Of a DNA stretch of 64,000 nt, positions 23,528 through 35,602 are shown in pieces. Origin of the DNA: Eledone cirrhosa (taxonomy: Eukaryota); assembly GCA_964016885.1 (NCBI GenBank), contig OZ024745.1, positions 15,934,001 through 15,998,000 on the forward strand. The letters run 5' to 3'. A model generated the notes under the pieces. That model was not told the origin of the DNA and ran no database searches. It saw only the letters and a program-made list of their open reading frames with translations. Numbering within the stretch: position 1 is the stretch's first letter; the number at the start of each line of letters is the position of its first letter. Both the position numbers and the translations under genes were made by a program.

Positions 23528-24110
23528 TACAACAACAATAAGAATAATATCTATAACGTGGCTAACCGCAGCAATAACATCAATAACAACAGCAACAACA
23601 ACAATAATAACATCAATAACAAAAATAACAACAACAGTAACAACAACAGTAACAACAACAGCAACAACAACAACAATAACATCAATAACAACAACAACAA
23701 CAATAATAACATCAATAATAACAACAACAACAACAACAATAACATTAATAATAACAATAACAACAACAATAACATCAATAACAACAATAACAACAACAGT
23801 AACAACAACAACAGCAACAACAACAATAACATCAAAAACAACAACAACAACAATAACATCAATAATAACATCAATGACAACAATAACAACAACAGTAACA
23901 ACAACAGCAACAACAATAATAATAACATCAATAACAACAGCAACAACAACAGCAACAACAATAATAATAACATCAATAAAAACAGCAACAACAACAGCAA
24001 CAACAACAGCAACAACAACAGCAACAACAACAGCAACAACAACTGTAACAACAGCAACAACAACAACAGTAACAACAACAGTAACAGCAACTGTAATAAC
24101 AACAGTAAAC
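23528..24110. repeat. Degenerate AAC/AAT/AGC trinucleotide array
   Basis: About 580 bp of phased trinucleotides with recurring ATAACATCAATA. Confidence 0.9.
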
Positions 24111-24189
24111 AAAGGGCGGAAGAACTCATAAAAGTCAACGGCCATACGAAAGTGTGTAAATATGTATATACACATGTACCGTACGGTTA

Positions 24190-24492
24190 AAGCACTAGGA
24201 GTGAAGGACCCCTAGTCTTTGTCAGGGAATTCTTCTAGGAGAAGGCAACTCAGGAAACTGGGATACCTCCGATATAAAACCTGCGGCTCAGTAGTTACCG
24301 ATGATGTTGATCTTTTCTTCTTTTCGGGTTATAGCTACTGTCGCTCAGAGAGTGGGATTGGCTCAGTGCACAGTCTTTCCTCACTTTAAAAAAATCTTCA
24401 CGCACAGACATTGTACGATAGAATTAATTAATAATTATTAATAATGGTATATGGTGCAATGGCCATACTCGATAACGAGGGGGCAGCCATCA
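24190..24492 (+). mobile_element. Diverged relative of the RTE-derived short element, (TATG)n tail
   Basis: Shares TTCTAGGAGAAGG, GATGTTGA, GAGAGTGGGATTGGC and GGCCATACTCGA..GGCAGCCA with the 600-bp element. Confidence 0.6.
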
Positions 24493-24571
24493 AGTATGTA
24501 TGAATGTATGTATGTATGATAGTATGTATGTATGTATGTATGTATGTATGTATGTATGTATGTATGTATGT

Positions 24572-25864
24572 GACCTGTCGTCACATGGTACCATGGGCCC
24601 AGCACTATGTGTCAGTAATTGTCACAAGTGTAGTGTTTGTACCAGAGTCTTCAAGTCGCTGGCTGGACTAAAAAGTCACACTCGTCCAGCGCATCGCTAG
24701 GGTTCTCCTACATGGATATAAAGTAGTGGCCGTACTCGAAAACGAGTTGGCAGCCACCATGTATGTATGTATGTATGTATGTATGTATGTATGTATGTAT
24801 GTATGTCAGGTCACCAGTTGGTGCTACTGGTAACATGTATCCCAGTACAACCTGTCTCATGGTCGGGTCGTTGGCGACTAAACTGGCAACCCCACCAAGG
24901 TTTCTTGGTGGGGAGGGTGACTTTGGCAATCCTGCAGGACTAAAAACAAAACCTGTCAAAGGAGCTCTTAAGAGTCAATGGTCATCCAAAATCACCGGGA
25001 GAGATGACCCCTTAGCCTTTGTCAAGGCAGAATTCTAGGAGAAGGAAAACTCTGATATAACACCTGCAACTCTAATGGTATCCAATGATGTTGACTTGTT
25101 CTTCTTTTTGGTAAATATCATCTTGGTTAAGAGAGTGGGACTGGCTTTGTGCAGTGCCTTTGCTCACTATAAAAGCTTCATGGCACAGGCATTGCTTTAT
25201 ATCTGGAGATCTCTCTGCACTTGTCGTCACATGGTACCATGGGCCCAGCACTATGTGTCAATAATTGTCACAAGTGTAGTGTTTGTACCAGAGTTTTCAA
25301 GTCGCTGGCTGGACTAAAAAGTCACACTCGTTCAGCGCATTGTTAGGGGTTCTCCTACATGGATATAAAGTAGTGGCCGTACTCGAAAACGAGTTGGCAG
25401 CCACCATGTATGTATGTATGTATGTATGTATATATCTCTTGGTCGGGTCGTTGGCGACTAAACTGGCAACCCCACCAAGGTTTCTTGGTGAGGAGGGTGA
25501 CTTTGGACATCCTGCAGGACTAAAAACAAAACCTGTCAAAAGGCAAAGGAGCTCTTAAGAGTCAATGGCCATCCAAAATCACCGGGAGAGATGACCCCTT
25601 AGCCTTTGTCAAGGCAGAATTCTAGGAGAAGGAAAACTCTGATATAACACCTGCAACTCTGATGGTATCCAATGATGTTGACTTGTTCTTCTTTTTGGTA
25701 AATATCATCTTGGTTAAGAGAGTGGGATTGGCTTTGTGCAATGCCTTTGCTCACTATAAAAGCTTCACGGCACAGGCATTGCTTTATATCTGGAGATCTC
25801 TCTGCACTTGTCGTCACATGGTACCATGGGCCCAGCACTATGTGTCAATAATTGTCACAAGTGT
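24572..25864 (+). mobile_element. Tandem stack of a ~600-bp non-autonomous RTE-derived element (24572-24758 partial, 24807-25405 full, 25437-25864 partial)
   Basis: Near-identical copies separated by (TATG)n. They contain CTAGGAGAAGGAAAACTCTGA and a C2H2-like remnant (CSVCTRVFKSLAGLKSH) resembling RTE LINE ends. Confidence 0.7.
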
Positions 25865-26125
25865 ATTTATGTAAGTATGTAAGTATGTAAGTATGTAAGT
25901 ATGTATGTATGTATGTTCTTCTGGTTTTATAATTTCACAAATCTTGCCAATAGAGAGAGAGTCGGTTTCTAACATAGACACAAGACTCTCTCATTGGAAT
26001 TTACACAGCATCACCTAGGTAGATATGTATGCATGCATGCATGTGTAGATATGGATGTTATTGTATGTGTGGATGTGTATATGCTTTGTATCATGTATAT
26101 ATGCAGTTATTAGATGCAAATTAAT

Positions 26126-26856
26126 GCATGCAAGATTTCACAGCTCTAACATCACTCCTTCATAGGTTGAAGAGTTCATAGGCTGACCAAGATACTCTAA
26201 TGGAATGACCAAATGAGGTTTATTTTTCAACATAGTCCTTGGAAAGAAACAATGCAGTTGTTAATAAGAAGAGTTGAAATTATTGCATGCAAGATTTCAC
26301 AGCTCTAGCATCACTCCTTCATAGCCTGAAAAGTTCATAGGCTGACCAAGATACTCTCATGGAATGACCAAATGAGGTTTATTTTTCAACATAGTCCTTG
26401 GAAAGAAAAAATGCAGTTGTTAATAAGAATAGTTGAAATTATTGCATGCAAGATTTCACAGCTCTAGCATCACTCCTTCATAGGCTGACCAAGATACTCT
26501 CATGGAATGACCAAATGAGGTTTATTTTTCAACATAGTCCTTGGAAAGAAACAATGCAGTTGTTAATAAGAATAGTTGAAATTATTGCATGCAAGATTCC
26601 ACAGCACTAGCATCACTCCTTCATAGGCTGACTAAGATACTCTCATGGAATGACCAAATGAGGTTTATTTTTCAACATAGTCCTTGGAAAGAAACAATGC
26701 AGTTGTTAATAAGAAGAGTTGAAATTATTGCATGCAAGATTTCACAGCTCTAGCATCACTCCTTCATAGGCTGAAAAGTTCATAGGATGACCAAGATACT
26801 CTCATGGAAGACCAAATGAGTTCCTGGAAAGAAACAATGCAGTTATTAATAAGAAT
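26126..26856. repeat. Tandem repeat, units of 159/159/143/143 bp plus a partial unit
   Basis: GCATGCAAGATT recurs at 26126, 26285, 26444, 26587 and 26730; units differ by a 16-bp indel. Confidence 0.9.
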
Positions 26857-27369
26857 ATGGGAGTGTTGCAGTTTGCTGGAAACATTATGGAATATAAAAT
26901 GTGGCTTTGGAAGCTGTTAGAATGTAGACTGGGTTGTAAATGTTGACAAAATAGAATGAGGTGAGGAAGGGGAGACGTGGATTGAGTGCAGGGAAGAAGA
27001 TGGGGTAGAAAAACAAGAAACTAGAAGTTATGTTAACTTGGTAATACTTGTTAATCCCGATATATTTCGGATACACTATGTATCACATACATGGAGCAGT
27101 CGGGCATTTGATTAACGGGAACGACCTATCTGATGAAGTTCCACGTAATTTCTGAGAGAGAAAGAGAAAGATAGAAATAGAGAAAATAAGAGATGGAGAG
27201 AGAGAGAGAGTGTGTGTGCGTGTGTGTGAGAGGGAGAGAGAGAGAATGTGTGTGTGTGAGAGGAAGAGAGAGGGAGAGAGAGTGTGTGTGTGAGAGAGAT
27301 AGAGAGGGAGAGAATCACAAAGGATGAAAGGTAAAGTTGACATAGAGAGCCAGAACACAGCAGACCATT

Positions 27370-27892
27370 CTAGTATATACCCTAGTATATACGCTAGTAT
27401 ATACCCTAGTATATACCCTAGCATATACCCTAGCATATACCCTAGTATATACGCTAGTATATACCCTAGTATATACCCTAGCATATACCCTAGCATATAC
27501 CCTAGCATATACCCTAGCATATACCCTAGCATATACCCTAGTATATACCCTAGTATATACCCTAGCATATACCCTAGCATATACCCTAGCATATACCCTA
27601 GCATATACCCTAGTATATACCCTAGTATATACCCTAGTATATACCCTAGTATATACCCTAGCATATACCCTAGCATATACCCTAGCATATACCCTAGTAT
27701 ATACCCTAGCATATACCCTAGCATATACCCTAGCATATACCCTAGTATATACCCTAGCATATACCCTAGCATATACCCTAGCATATACCCTAGCATATAC
27801 CCTAGCATATACCCTAGCATATACCCTAGTATATACCCTAGTATATACCCTAGCATATACCCTAGTATATACCCTAGTATATACCCTAGCAT
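27370..27892. repeat. 12-bp minisatellite (CTAGYATATACC), ~43 copies
   Basis: Direct repeat with a single dimorphic T/C position. Confidence 0.95.
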
Positions 27893-27931
27893 CACTGTCA
27901 ATTTAACCATTAGCTCCTATTTAATGAATGG

Positions 27932-28318
27932 TTTCTGATTTAAGCACAAGACCAACAACTTTGGTGGAGGGGAAAGTTGATTAAATCGACCCCAGTGCAT
28001 TGCTGGTATTTTATTTTATCGATCCCGTAAGGATGAAAAACAAATCTAACTCAGAACTTAAAGCAAAGCATGTCTGACGCCCAACTGATACTGCCAATCC
28101 ACGGCCCTTAATAACACCTATTTAATTAATTGTTTCTACTTTTCGCACAAGGCCAGCAATTATCCCAGTCCATTACTGGTACTTTATTTTATCGACCTCG
28201 TAAGGATGAAAGGCAAAGTTAACCTCGGCGGGATTTGAACTCAGACCATAAAGGGCCGTAACTCTTTGCTGCAAAGCATGGTGTCCGATCCTCTACCGAT
28301 ACTACCAATCCACCGCCC
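27932..28318 (-). mobile_element. Two tandem tRNA-derived SINE copies (27932-28108, 28130-28318)
   Basis: Conserved core ACTGGTACTTTATTTTATCGAC..GGATGAAAGGCAAAGTTAACCTCGGCGGGATTTGAACTCAG, with a B-box on the minus strand. Confidence 0.8.
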
Positions 28319-28517
28319 TATTTAATTAATGGCTCGTGTTTGATAGACGGACATAGGTTTTGTTTTTTAGGGTATACTAATTTTCCTAGAGAAGAAAATA
28401 ATTTTATCAAAATCGGAGAATTTAGAATAAACCTCATGTGAAATTGCCAGTGTTGAACCACGTGTAGGTTTAAACATTAATCTATGAGCTGACTCCGTGT
28501 GTAAAGCCATGTTCTAA

Positions 28518-29462
28518 TCTCCTTATAATATATAACCAGCAATTTCTCTGTCTATCTGTCCGACAGTGGAAACACGTGCGTAGAGAGAGAGTGAGAGTAA
28601 AAGAAAGAGACAGACTACGAGAGGGGGATAGCGGGAGGGAGAGAGGGAGAGAGAGAGAGAGAGTGAATAGACGCTAAAACACGTGCTATAGAAACATTAC
28701 CTTCCTCTCTCCACTGACTTTGGTCACTGAGGCCGAGGGAATCGCTGGTTGCTATAGAGACACCTTGCACAAGCCAAAAGTAACCAGTTCGAGGCGGTTC
28801 TGACTTGACACCATGCGAAGAAGGTTGCCATTGAATTTGTGGTTTGAAGAAGGTTGCCATTGAATTTGTGGTTGTTGCTGCTGATAATAAGGACCATTTG
28901 AAGAAGGTTGCTGCTGATGAGATAATTTATTAATCAGATTGCGCAGTTCCATAACCTACGTTTGATTTGTTCAATTTTTTTCTTCAATTTTTTTGTTGTT
29001 TTTTTTTAAATTTCTTATTGAAAAAATATAAATAATAAAATAAGGTTAGAAATTTAAATACAATTAAATACGATTTAATTTCCATTTCCAGCAGCCAATG
29101 TCCAGTGTTCAATTTCATGAAAAAATTGGAAATAATTAAAAAAATTGAAGTTTAACTTTTGAACATTTGTTTTGACAATAAAAAAATATTTCCTTATTCA
29201 CACCTAATGGTATGATTAAAATTTCATAGGAATATGTTTTTCTAACCGCCAGTTATTTATTTTCTCCTTTTTCGTTTTAACATATATTTATTTCAAAGAT
29301 TTCACCGTATAGATAACATATATATTTATACATGCATAAAAGACACACCGAGAGACGGCGAACATGTGGTGCCGAAAACATTTCTCATCCAAATCTCAAC
29401 AATATCAGTATATACACTAGATTTGCTAGCAGAAAACCGCCCACCGGGTGGTTTTCTGCTAG
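28518..29462 (+). mobile_element. Non-autonomous Helitron-like element
   Basis: Starts TC after A (TCTCCTTATAATATATAA); ends in hairpin GCAGAAAACCGCCC-ACC-GGGTGGTTTTCTG plus CTAG. Confidence 0.75.
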
Positions 29463-31005
29463 TCTCCTTATAATATATAACCAGCAATTTCTCTGTCTGT
29501 CTGTCCGACAGTGGAAACACGTGCGCGCGTGGTTGCTATCTCTCTCTCTCTCCAGCTATCCATCTCTTTTAGTCTGTCTGTTTCTCTCACTCTCACTCTT
29601 TCTCTTTGTAACACACTAACATTCCTCCCCTCTATCGCTGTGAGGAATGGGGAGATGGAGGAGGAGGAGAGAGTCACTTCGTCACTTCACCTCTGCCTTT
29701 CTTTCTCTCCCCTCTCACTCCCTCATTATGTACAGACATTAGGGCGGTGGATTGGCAGAATCTGTAGAGAGTCGGACACCATGCTTCATAGCATGGAGTT
29801 ACGTCCCTTTACGGTCTGAGTTCAAATACCGCCGAGGTTAACTTTGCCTTTCATCCGCACGGGGTCGATAAAATAAAGTACCAGTAATGTACTGGGTTAT
29901 TGCTGGCCTTGTGCCAAAAATAGAAACAATTATTAGAAACATTGCTTTATTTTTACATATCTAAGCATTAGTAAAATGACTAATAATTTCAAAAGTAATT
30001 TTTCAATTCCAATTGTTATGAACAGCAAAACATTAATAATAATTTTGTTCTAAGAAATATATATACATTTCTGTGTGTGTAATATATATATATATATATA
30101 CACACACAGAAATATATATATATAAACACAGAAATATATATACATTTCTGTGTGTGTAATATATATATATATATACACACAGAAATATATATACATTTCT
30201 GTGTGTGTAATATATATATATATATATACACACAGAGAAATATATGGGCATTTCTCTGTTTGTCTGTCTGTCTGTCTGTCTGTCCTTCCCTAAAACTCAA
30301 ATGTAGGTGCTACAGAAATATTACCCTCCCCTTCCTTTCTCCACTTTGGTACTACGAAGAGAAACACTGTCGCTATAGAAACATTACCTTCCCCTCTCCA
30401 CTGGCTTTGGTCACTGAGGCCGAGGGAATCGCTGGTTGCTATAGAGACACCTTGCACAAGCCAGAAGTAACCAGTTCGAGGCGGTTCTGACTTGACACCA
30501 TGCCAAGTCTACTTATAATATATAATGGGCATTTCTCTGTTTGTTTGTCTGTCTGTCCGTCTGTAAAAAATGCCAAGGAAACAAATAGACGCGGTTTCAA
30601 ATCTCTATGCTTTTCAAATTCATTACATTAATCTTTATTTATACGTTTCGCTTTACGAGTGTTTCGACTTACGAGTGTTTCGGCTTACGAGTGTTTCGAC
30701 TTATCATTATATATAAACGTTTCTATTTCCATCGTTTTATCGTAAACGTTTATATATTTCCATCGTTATATCATAACGTTTATATTTCCGTTACTAATCT
30801 CTTTTTCTCCTTTTTCGTTTTAACATATATTTATTTCAAATATTTCACCGTATAGATAACATATATATTTATACATGCATAAAAGACACACCGAGAGACG
30901 GTGAACATGTGGTGCCGAAAACATTTCTCATCCAAATCTCAACAATATCAGTATATACACTAGATTTGCTAGCAGAAAACCGCCCACCGGGTGGTTTTCT
31001 GCTAG
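29463..31005 (+). mobile_element. Composite Helitron-like element(s) with internal restart at 30508 and a nested SINE
   Basis: Same 5' end as 28518 and the same 3' ~200 bp (30805-31005 = 29260-29462); 30365-30503 repeats 28680-28815. Confidence 0.7.
29741..29932 (+). mobile_element. tRNA-derived SINE
   Basis: GGGCGGTGGATTGGCAGAATC head, GAGTTCAAATACC B-box, conserved core. Confidence 0.85.
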
Positions 31006-31866
31006 TCTATATATATAAAACTGAGCTGGTCTCTCTGTCTGTCTACTAAAACGGTCGGTACACATCTTCACCTAAACCGTACGTTCAAATTTCGGTGAAA
31101 TTGCTACACTTATAGATGAAGGTCCCGCGGAGACATGAGTCAAAAACATTTTCAAATCGACCCACGCCAAGTGCAAAATCGAATTTGTAATGTATTGATT
31201 TTTCAGTTCAAATGTATAAATAGAGATGAGAGACGAGTTATTTCCCTTTTATGGCGTCATTCTGTCTATCTATTTACGTTACGAATATACGACGCGTGCA
31301 AAAGTACAAAAATACGCGAATAGTTTTCGGACCAGCAAAATTTTTACCTGCAAAATTCATGAGTTCGAAGTTTCAACATTAAGCTTCCATTTTGCTTCAT
31401 TTCATTAAAAAACCTTTTAAAACAATATTTTTACTTGAAAACAAGCATATTTGAATACACCGTAAAACAAGCAAATATTTTGTAAAAAAAGCATTGACCT
31501 CGAATAAAGCCTTATGAGATTTTCATTTAGAAGCAATGATTTTAAACGACAGACAGATAACGCATTTTTTTTTTGTTTTTCATGTCCATCCAATTTCTTT
31601 GTTTCAAAATGACTGATAGTTTGGTTACGCAGATGTTTTTCTCTGAGACAAGTGTTGCAATGTTTACATTTTCGATTTTGCATCCTCTTTTGCTTTAACA
31701 TTCGGGTTATGGTTATGTTTTCTTAACTTCATAAGGCATACTGTTGGTTGAGGGACAAAAGTCTACACTGTAGACTCTACTGTTTTTAAGCCAAGAAAGG
31801 AACTTGACATTGTAACTTTAACACAGCTACTGAGCAGCCCCGAGCAACGCCGGGATTTACTGCTAG
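31006..31866 (+). mobile_element. Non-autonomous Helitron-like element, second family
   Basis: 5' TCTATATATATAAAA; 3' CCCGAGCAACGCCGGG hairpin then CTAG followed by T. Confidence 0.8.
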
Positions 31867-32807
31867 TAGTTATTAAGGCAATCAAGGCTTCATCACAACG
31901 TTTGGTTTGATTGCATTGAAGGTAACTCAGTAATTTTCCATATCATTTCATTGTGACGTTCGTATTTTTCTATTGTTGAAATATGACGAGGAGTCGTTCT
32001 AGTTATATGAATAATGTTGATATCTAATCGACCACAATAGTCCAGAAGCTTACAAATTGAGCTTCATGATCGCCATGTTTGGAGTACAGATCAAGATGAA
32101 TATTGAATGGAAGCATTAGATAATAGAAACACTGAATACAAGTTGCTTTTCTCAAGGCAAATGAGAAAGGATAACGCGTAAACGCACCGAGTACTGTCAG
32201 AATGTAAGAGTTGTCATATTTTAGTAATTGGTTTTTGTCTTAGAATATCAAGTAACACTCTTTGCCAAGGCTTTGTTCATTGTACTTTTGATGAAGTGAG
32301 ATTGCAGCCTTACATATACATATTCACACGGTCTAATATTATATATCTGAAACGTGTTTTCATAATAGGTTATTACAATTGAATTTGTTCATAAGTTTCG
32401 TTTATCATGTTAATAGATAAATATCACATTTTCTTTTCAAATGATTTTGATTATTGTAAATTCTTCAAAATCTACAGTGAGCCATTTCTATTTAATATTA
32501 TCCAATGTTTGTGAACAAAAACAAATTATCTGCTTATTTTTCATAACGGCAGCGCCTACTGATGATATAGATAAGTCTGTTTCATGAGTCAGTAGTTAAC
32601 TAGGTATTGGAACTGATAATGCCGCCACAACAATGTCTTTTAGTTTCTTAACTCTATGGAGACATTGAGCTGAGAACGGAAAATATTGATATTGCTTAGC
32701 TTCAAATAAGGTCTTTCTAATTATCCATCTTAAATACTATAAAATTAATCCAGATGCAGGAAACCCAAATTTTTCCCCGTAGTCTGTGTGTGACTAGCAG
32801 AATCTTG

Positions 32808-33000
32808 CCGTCGTGGATTGGCAGTATCGGTAGAGAGTCGGACGCCATGCTTTACAACACAGAGTTACGTCCCTTTATAAACTGTGTTCAAATCCCGCCG
32901 GGGTTAACTTTGCCTTTCATCCTTACGGGGTCGATAAAATAAAGTACCAGTAATGTACTGGGTGATTGCTGGCCTTGTGCCAAAAGTAGAAGCAATTAAT
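32808..33000 (+). mobile_element. tRNA-derived SINE
   Basis: Same head, B-box (GTTCAAATCC) and core as 29741. Confidence 0.85.
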
Positions 33001-33448
33001 TGTGACCCCTGAATGATAATGTAGTTATATTAGATTTACATTAACTAATGTTGAGAACGTTTGAAAAAAGATTGCAGATCTTTATGGTGGATGCCTATAA
33101 AGAATTACCCATCTTTAAACTCTTAATTTCTCTAAATATACAGCTCAAGTTTACTACATTTGGAATTTCAACAACACTCACATAAATTCATATAATCCAT
33201 TCTTTTCTTCAAAGATTGTAAAATATTACAGCCTGGGAGGGCAATCGTACTTAGTAATATGTGGAAAGGAGGTGAACAGTACAGTAATGGTGATTTCTAT
33301 GAATTTAGCCTAAATAATGACCAAATAGTGTGAGTGGGGATGCATCAAGCCATATATATATATATACATATATATATATATCGAGCTAAAGATCCGCATA
33401 AGGTGAACCATTTGTTCTCGGTATGGTGACCTAACTGTTGTGGAACTA

Positions 33449-33525
<77 letters not shown>

Positions 33526-33573
33526 ATATATAAATAAATATACACGGGTGTGTATGATTGTGTATAGAAGATT

Positions 33574-33921
33574 ATATTAATAAAAGGAATTCCAACTTTG
33601 TCTAATTTACTCGTTTTATTTACAATCCTTTAAAATTTACAATGGTATTAGAATGAAATAGTATGGTAGAATATTAAATGTTAAGTGTTAATTGAACACG
33701 TACTTTCCTGCTTTCGCAATTTTCAACTGTGACAGTTGAAAATTGCAAACTTGACTGTCACCACAGAATATGACCCTGAAGATTGCGAAAGCATGAAAGT
33801 ACTTGTTCAATTAACACTTAACATTTAATATTCTACCATACTATTTCATTCTAATACCATTATAAATTTTAAAGCATTGTAAATAAAACGAGTAAATCAG
33901 AGAAAGTTGGAATTCCTTTTA

Positions 33922-33928
<7 letters not shown>
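33574..33928. mobile_element. Fold-back element (~150-bp inverted arms) among (TA)n tracts
   Basis: 33574-33727 is the reverse complement of 33776-33928; internal hairpin at 33716-33746. Confidence 0.85.
33769..33809 (+). ncRNA. Minimal type I hammerhead-like motif, slightly degenerate
   Basis: tgacc-CTGAAGA-ttgc gaaa gcat-GAAA-gtac-TT-gttca; palindromic helix III, one mismatch in helix I. Confidence 0.55.
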
Positions 33929-33969
<41 letters not shown>

Positions 33970-34083
33970 TTGAAAAAAATGAAAACGAAATTTCATTTCT
34001 CACTCTTAGTATGGCACTTACTTAAATGTAAGTATGTATGTATACGTACATACATATATGTATACAGACATACAGTAGCATGC

Positions 34084-34114
<31 letters not shown>

Positions 34115-34267
34115 CATACAGGTACACATACATATATGCACGCATCAGTTTAGCGGACGCTTATTATAACGCCGCTTTGTTCGTTTGTAAACAAACTGAA
34201 CAGCCTGAATTTATGTCATACGGTGTTAAGGCAACCACGTCACCTTTTTGTTCAACACTGACACAGG

Positions 34268-34312
34268 AACGATGTACTAGTTTCAAGCTTGTTAGCTATC
34301 ATCAGCACCGTT
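34268..34312 (-). ncRNA. Minimal type I hammerhead ribozyme
   Basis: Exact reverse complement of 34997-35041. Confidence 0.8.
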
Positions 34313-34546
34313 TACCCATCTGCCAGATAGTTGAACGTTCGAAAGTATATACTTTCCTTATGAAAATTAACGGCTGAGCAGCCTAATTTGCATATTGAGT
34401 GAGTTAAATCGGTCAGGCATACCGAAAACGATAAGTTGAAAAAAATGAAAACGAAATTTCATTTCTCACTCTTAGTATGGCACTTACTTAAATGTAAGTA
34501 TGTATGTATACGTACATACATATATGTATACAGACATACAGTAGCA

Positions 34547-34588
<42 letters not shown>

Positions 34589-34661
34589 CAAACGAACAAA
34601 GCGGCGTTATAATAAGCGTCCGCTAAACTGATGCGTTCATATATGTATGTGTACCTGTATG

Positions 34662-34761
<100 letters not shown>

Positions 34762-34996
34762 TGCTACTGTATGTCTGTATACATATATGTATGTACGTAT
34801 ACATACATACTTACATTTAAGTAAGTGCCATACTAAGAGTGAGAAATGAAATTTCGTTTTCATTTTTTTTCAACTTATCGTTTTCGGTATGCCTGACCGA
34901 TTTAACTCACTCAATATGCAAATTAGGCTGCTCAGCCGTTAATTTTCATAAGGAAAGTATATACTTTCGAACGTTCAACTATCTGGCAGATGGGTA

Positions 34997-35041
34997 AACG
35001 GTGCTGATGATAGCTAACAAGCTTGAAACTAGTACATCGTT
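34997..35041 (+). ncRNA. Minimal type I hammerhead ribozyme
   Basis: aacggtg-CTGATGA-t agct aaca agct t-GAAA-ctag-TA-catcgtt: complete core, 7-bp helix I with one G-U pair, palindromic helix III ACTAGT. Confidence 0.8.
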
Positions 35042-35202
35042 CCTGTGTCAGTGTTGAACAAAAAGTTGACGTGATTGCCTTAACACCGTATGGCATAAAT
35101 TCAGGCTGTTCAGTTTGTTTACAAACGAACAAAGCGGCGTTATAATAAGCGTCCGCTAAACTGATGCGTGCATATATGTATGTGTACCTGTATGTATATA
35201 TG

Positions 35203-35276
<74 letters not shown>

Positions 35277-35326
35277 TGCTACTGTATGTCTGTATACATA
35301 TATGTATGTACGTATACATACATACT

Positions 35327-35399
<73 letters not shown>

Positions 35400-35602
35400 G
35401 ATATTAAACAAATGGAAACTATATTTATAAAACCATATTTATTTCGTTATATATATTTCTGGGATATCATATTAAAAATATGGTAAGCCTTCCTCAGACA
35501 AAATACAATACATAAGCTGTTTTATAAATAATTAGTGACATACCTTGTAATAATGCAACTTCCATTATATATATTTATATATATCGGCGATGAATTAGTT
35601 TA

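Noticed and set aside
23436-24190. Thr-rich mucin-like, poly-Asn and poly-Leu ORFs
   Set aside because: Translations of a trinucleotide microsatellite; no exon context or non-repetitive domain.
27083-27938. (LGYM/LGYI)n and (SIYP)n ORFs
   Set aside because: By-products of a stop-free 12-bp repeat.
33382-33450. Possible decayed hammerhead between (TA)n tracts (CTAAAGA..GAA-CCAT..ATGG)
   Set aside because: Core mismatches and no helix I pairing.
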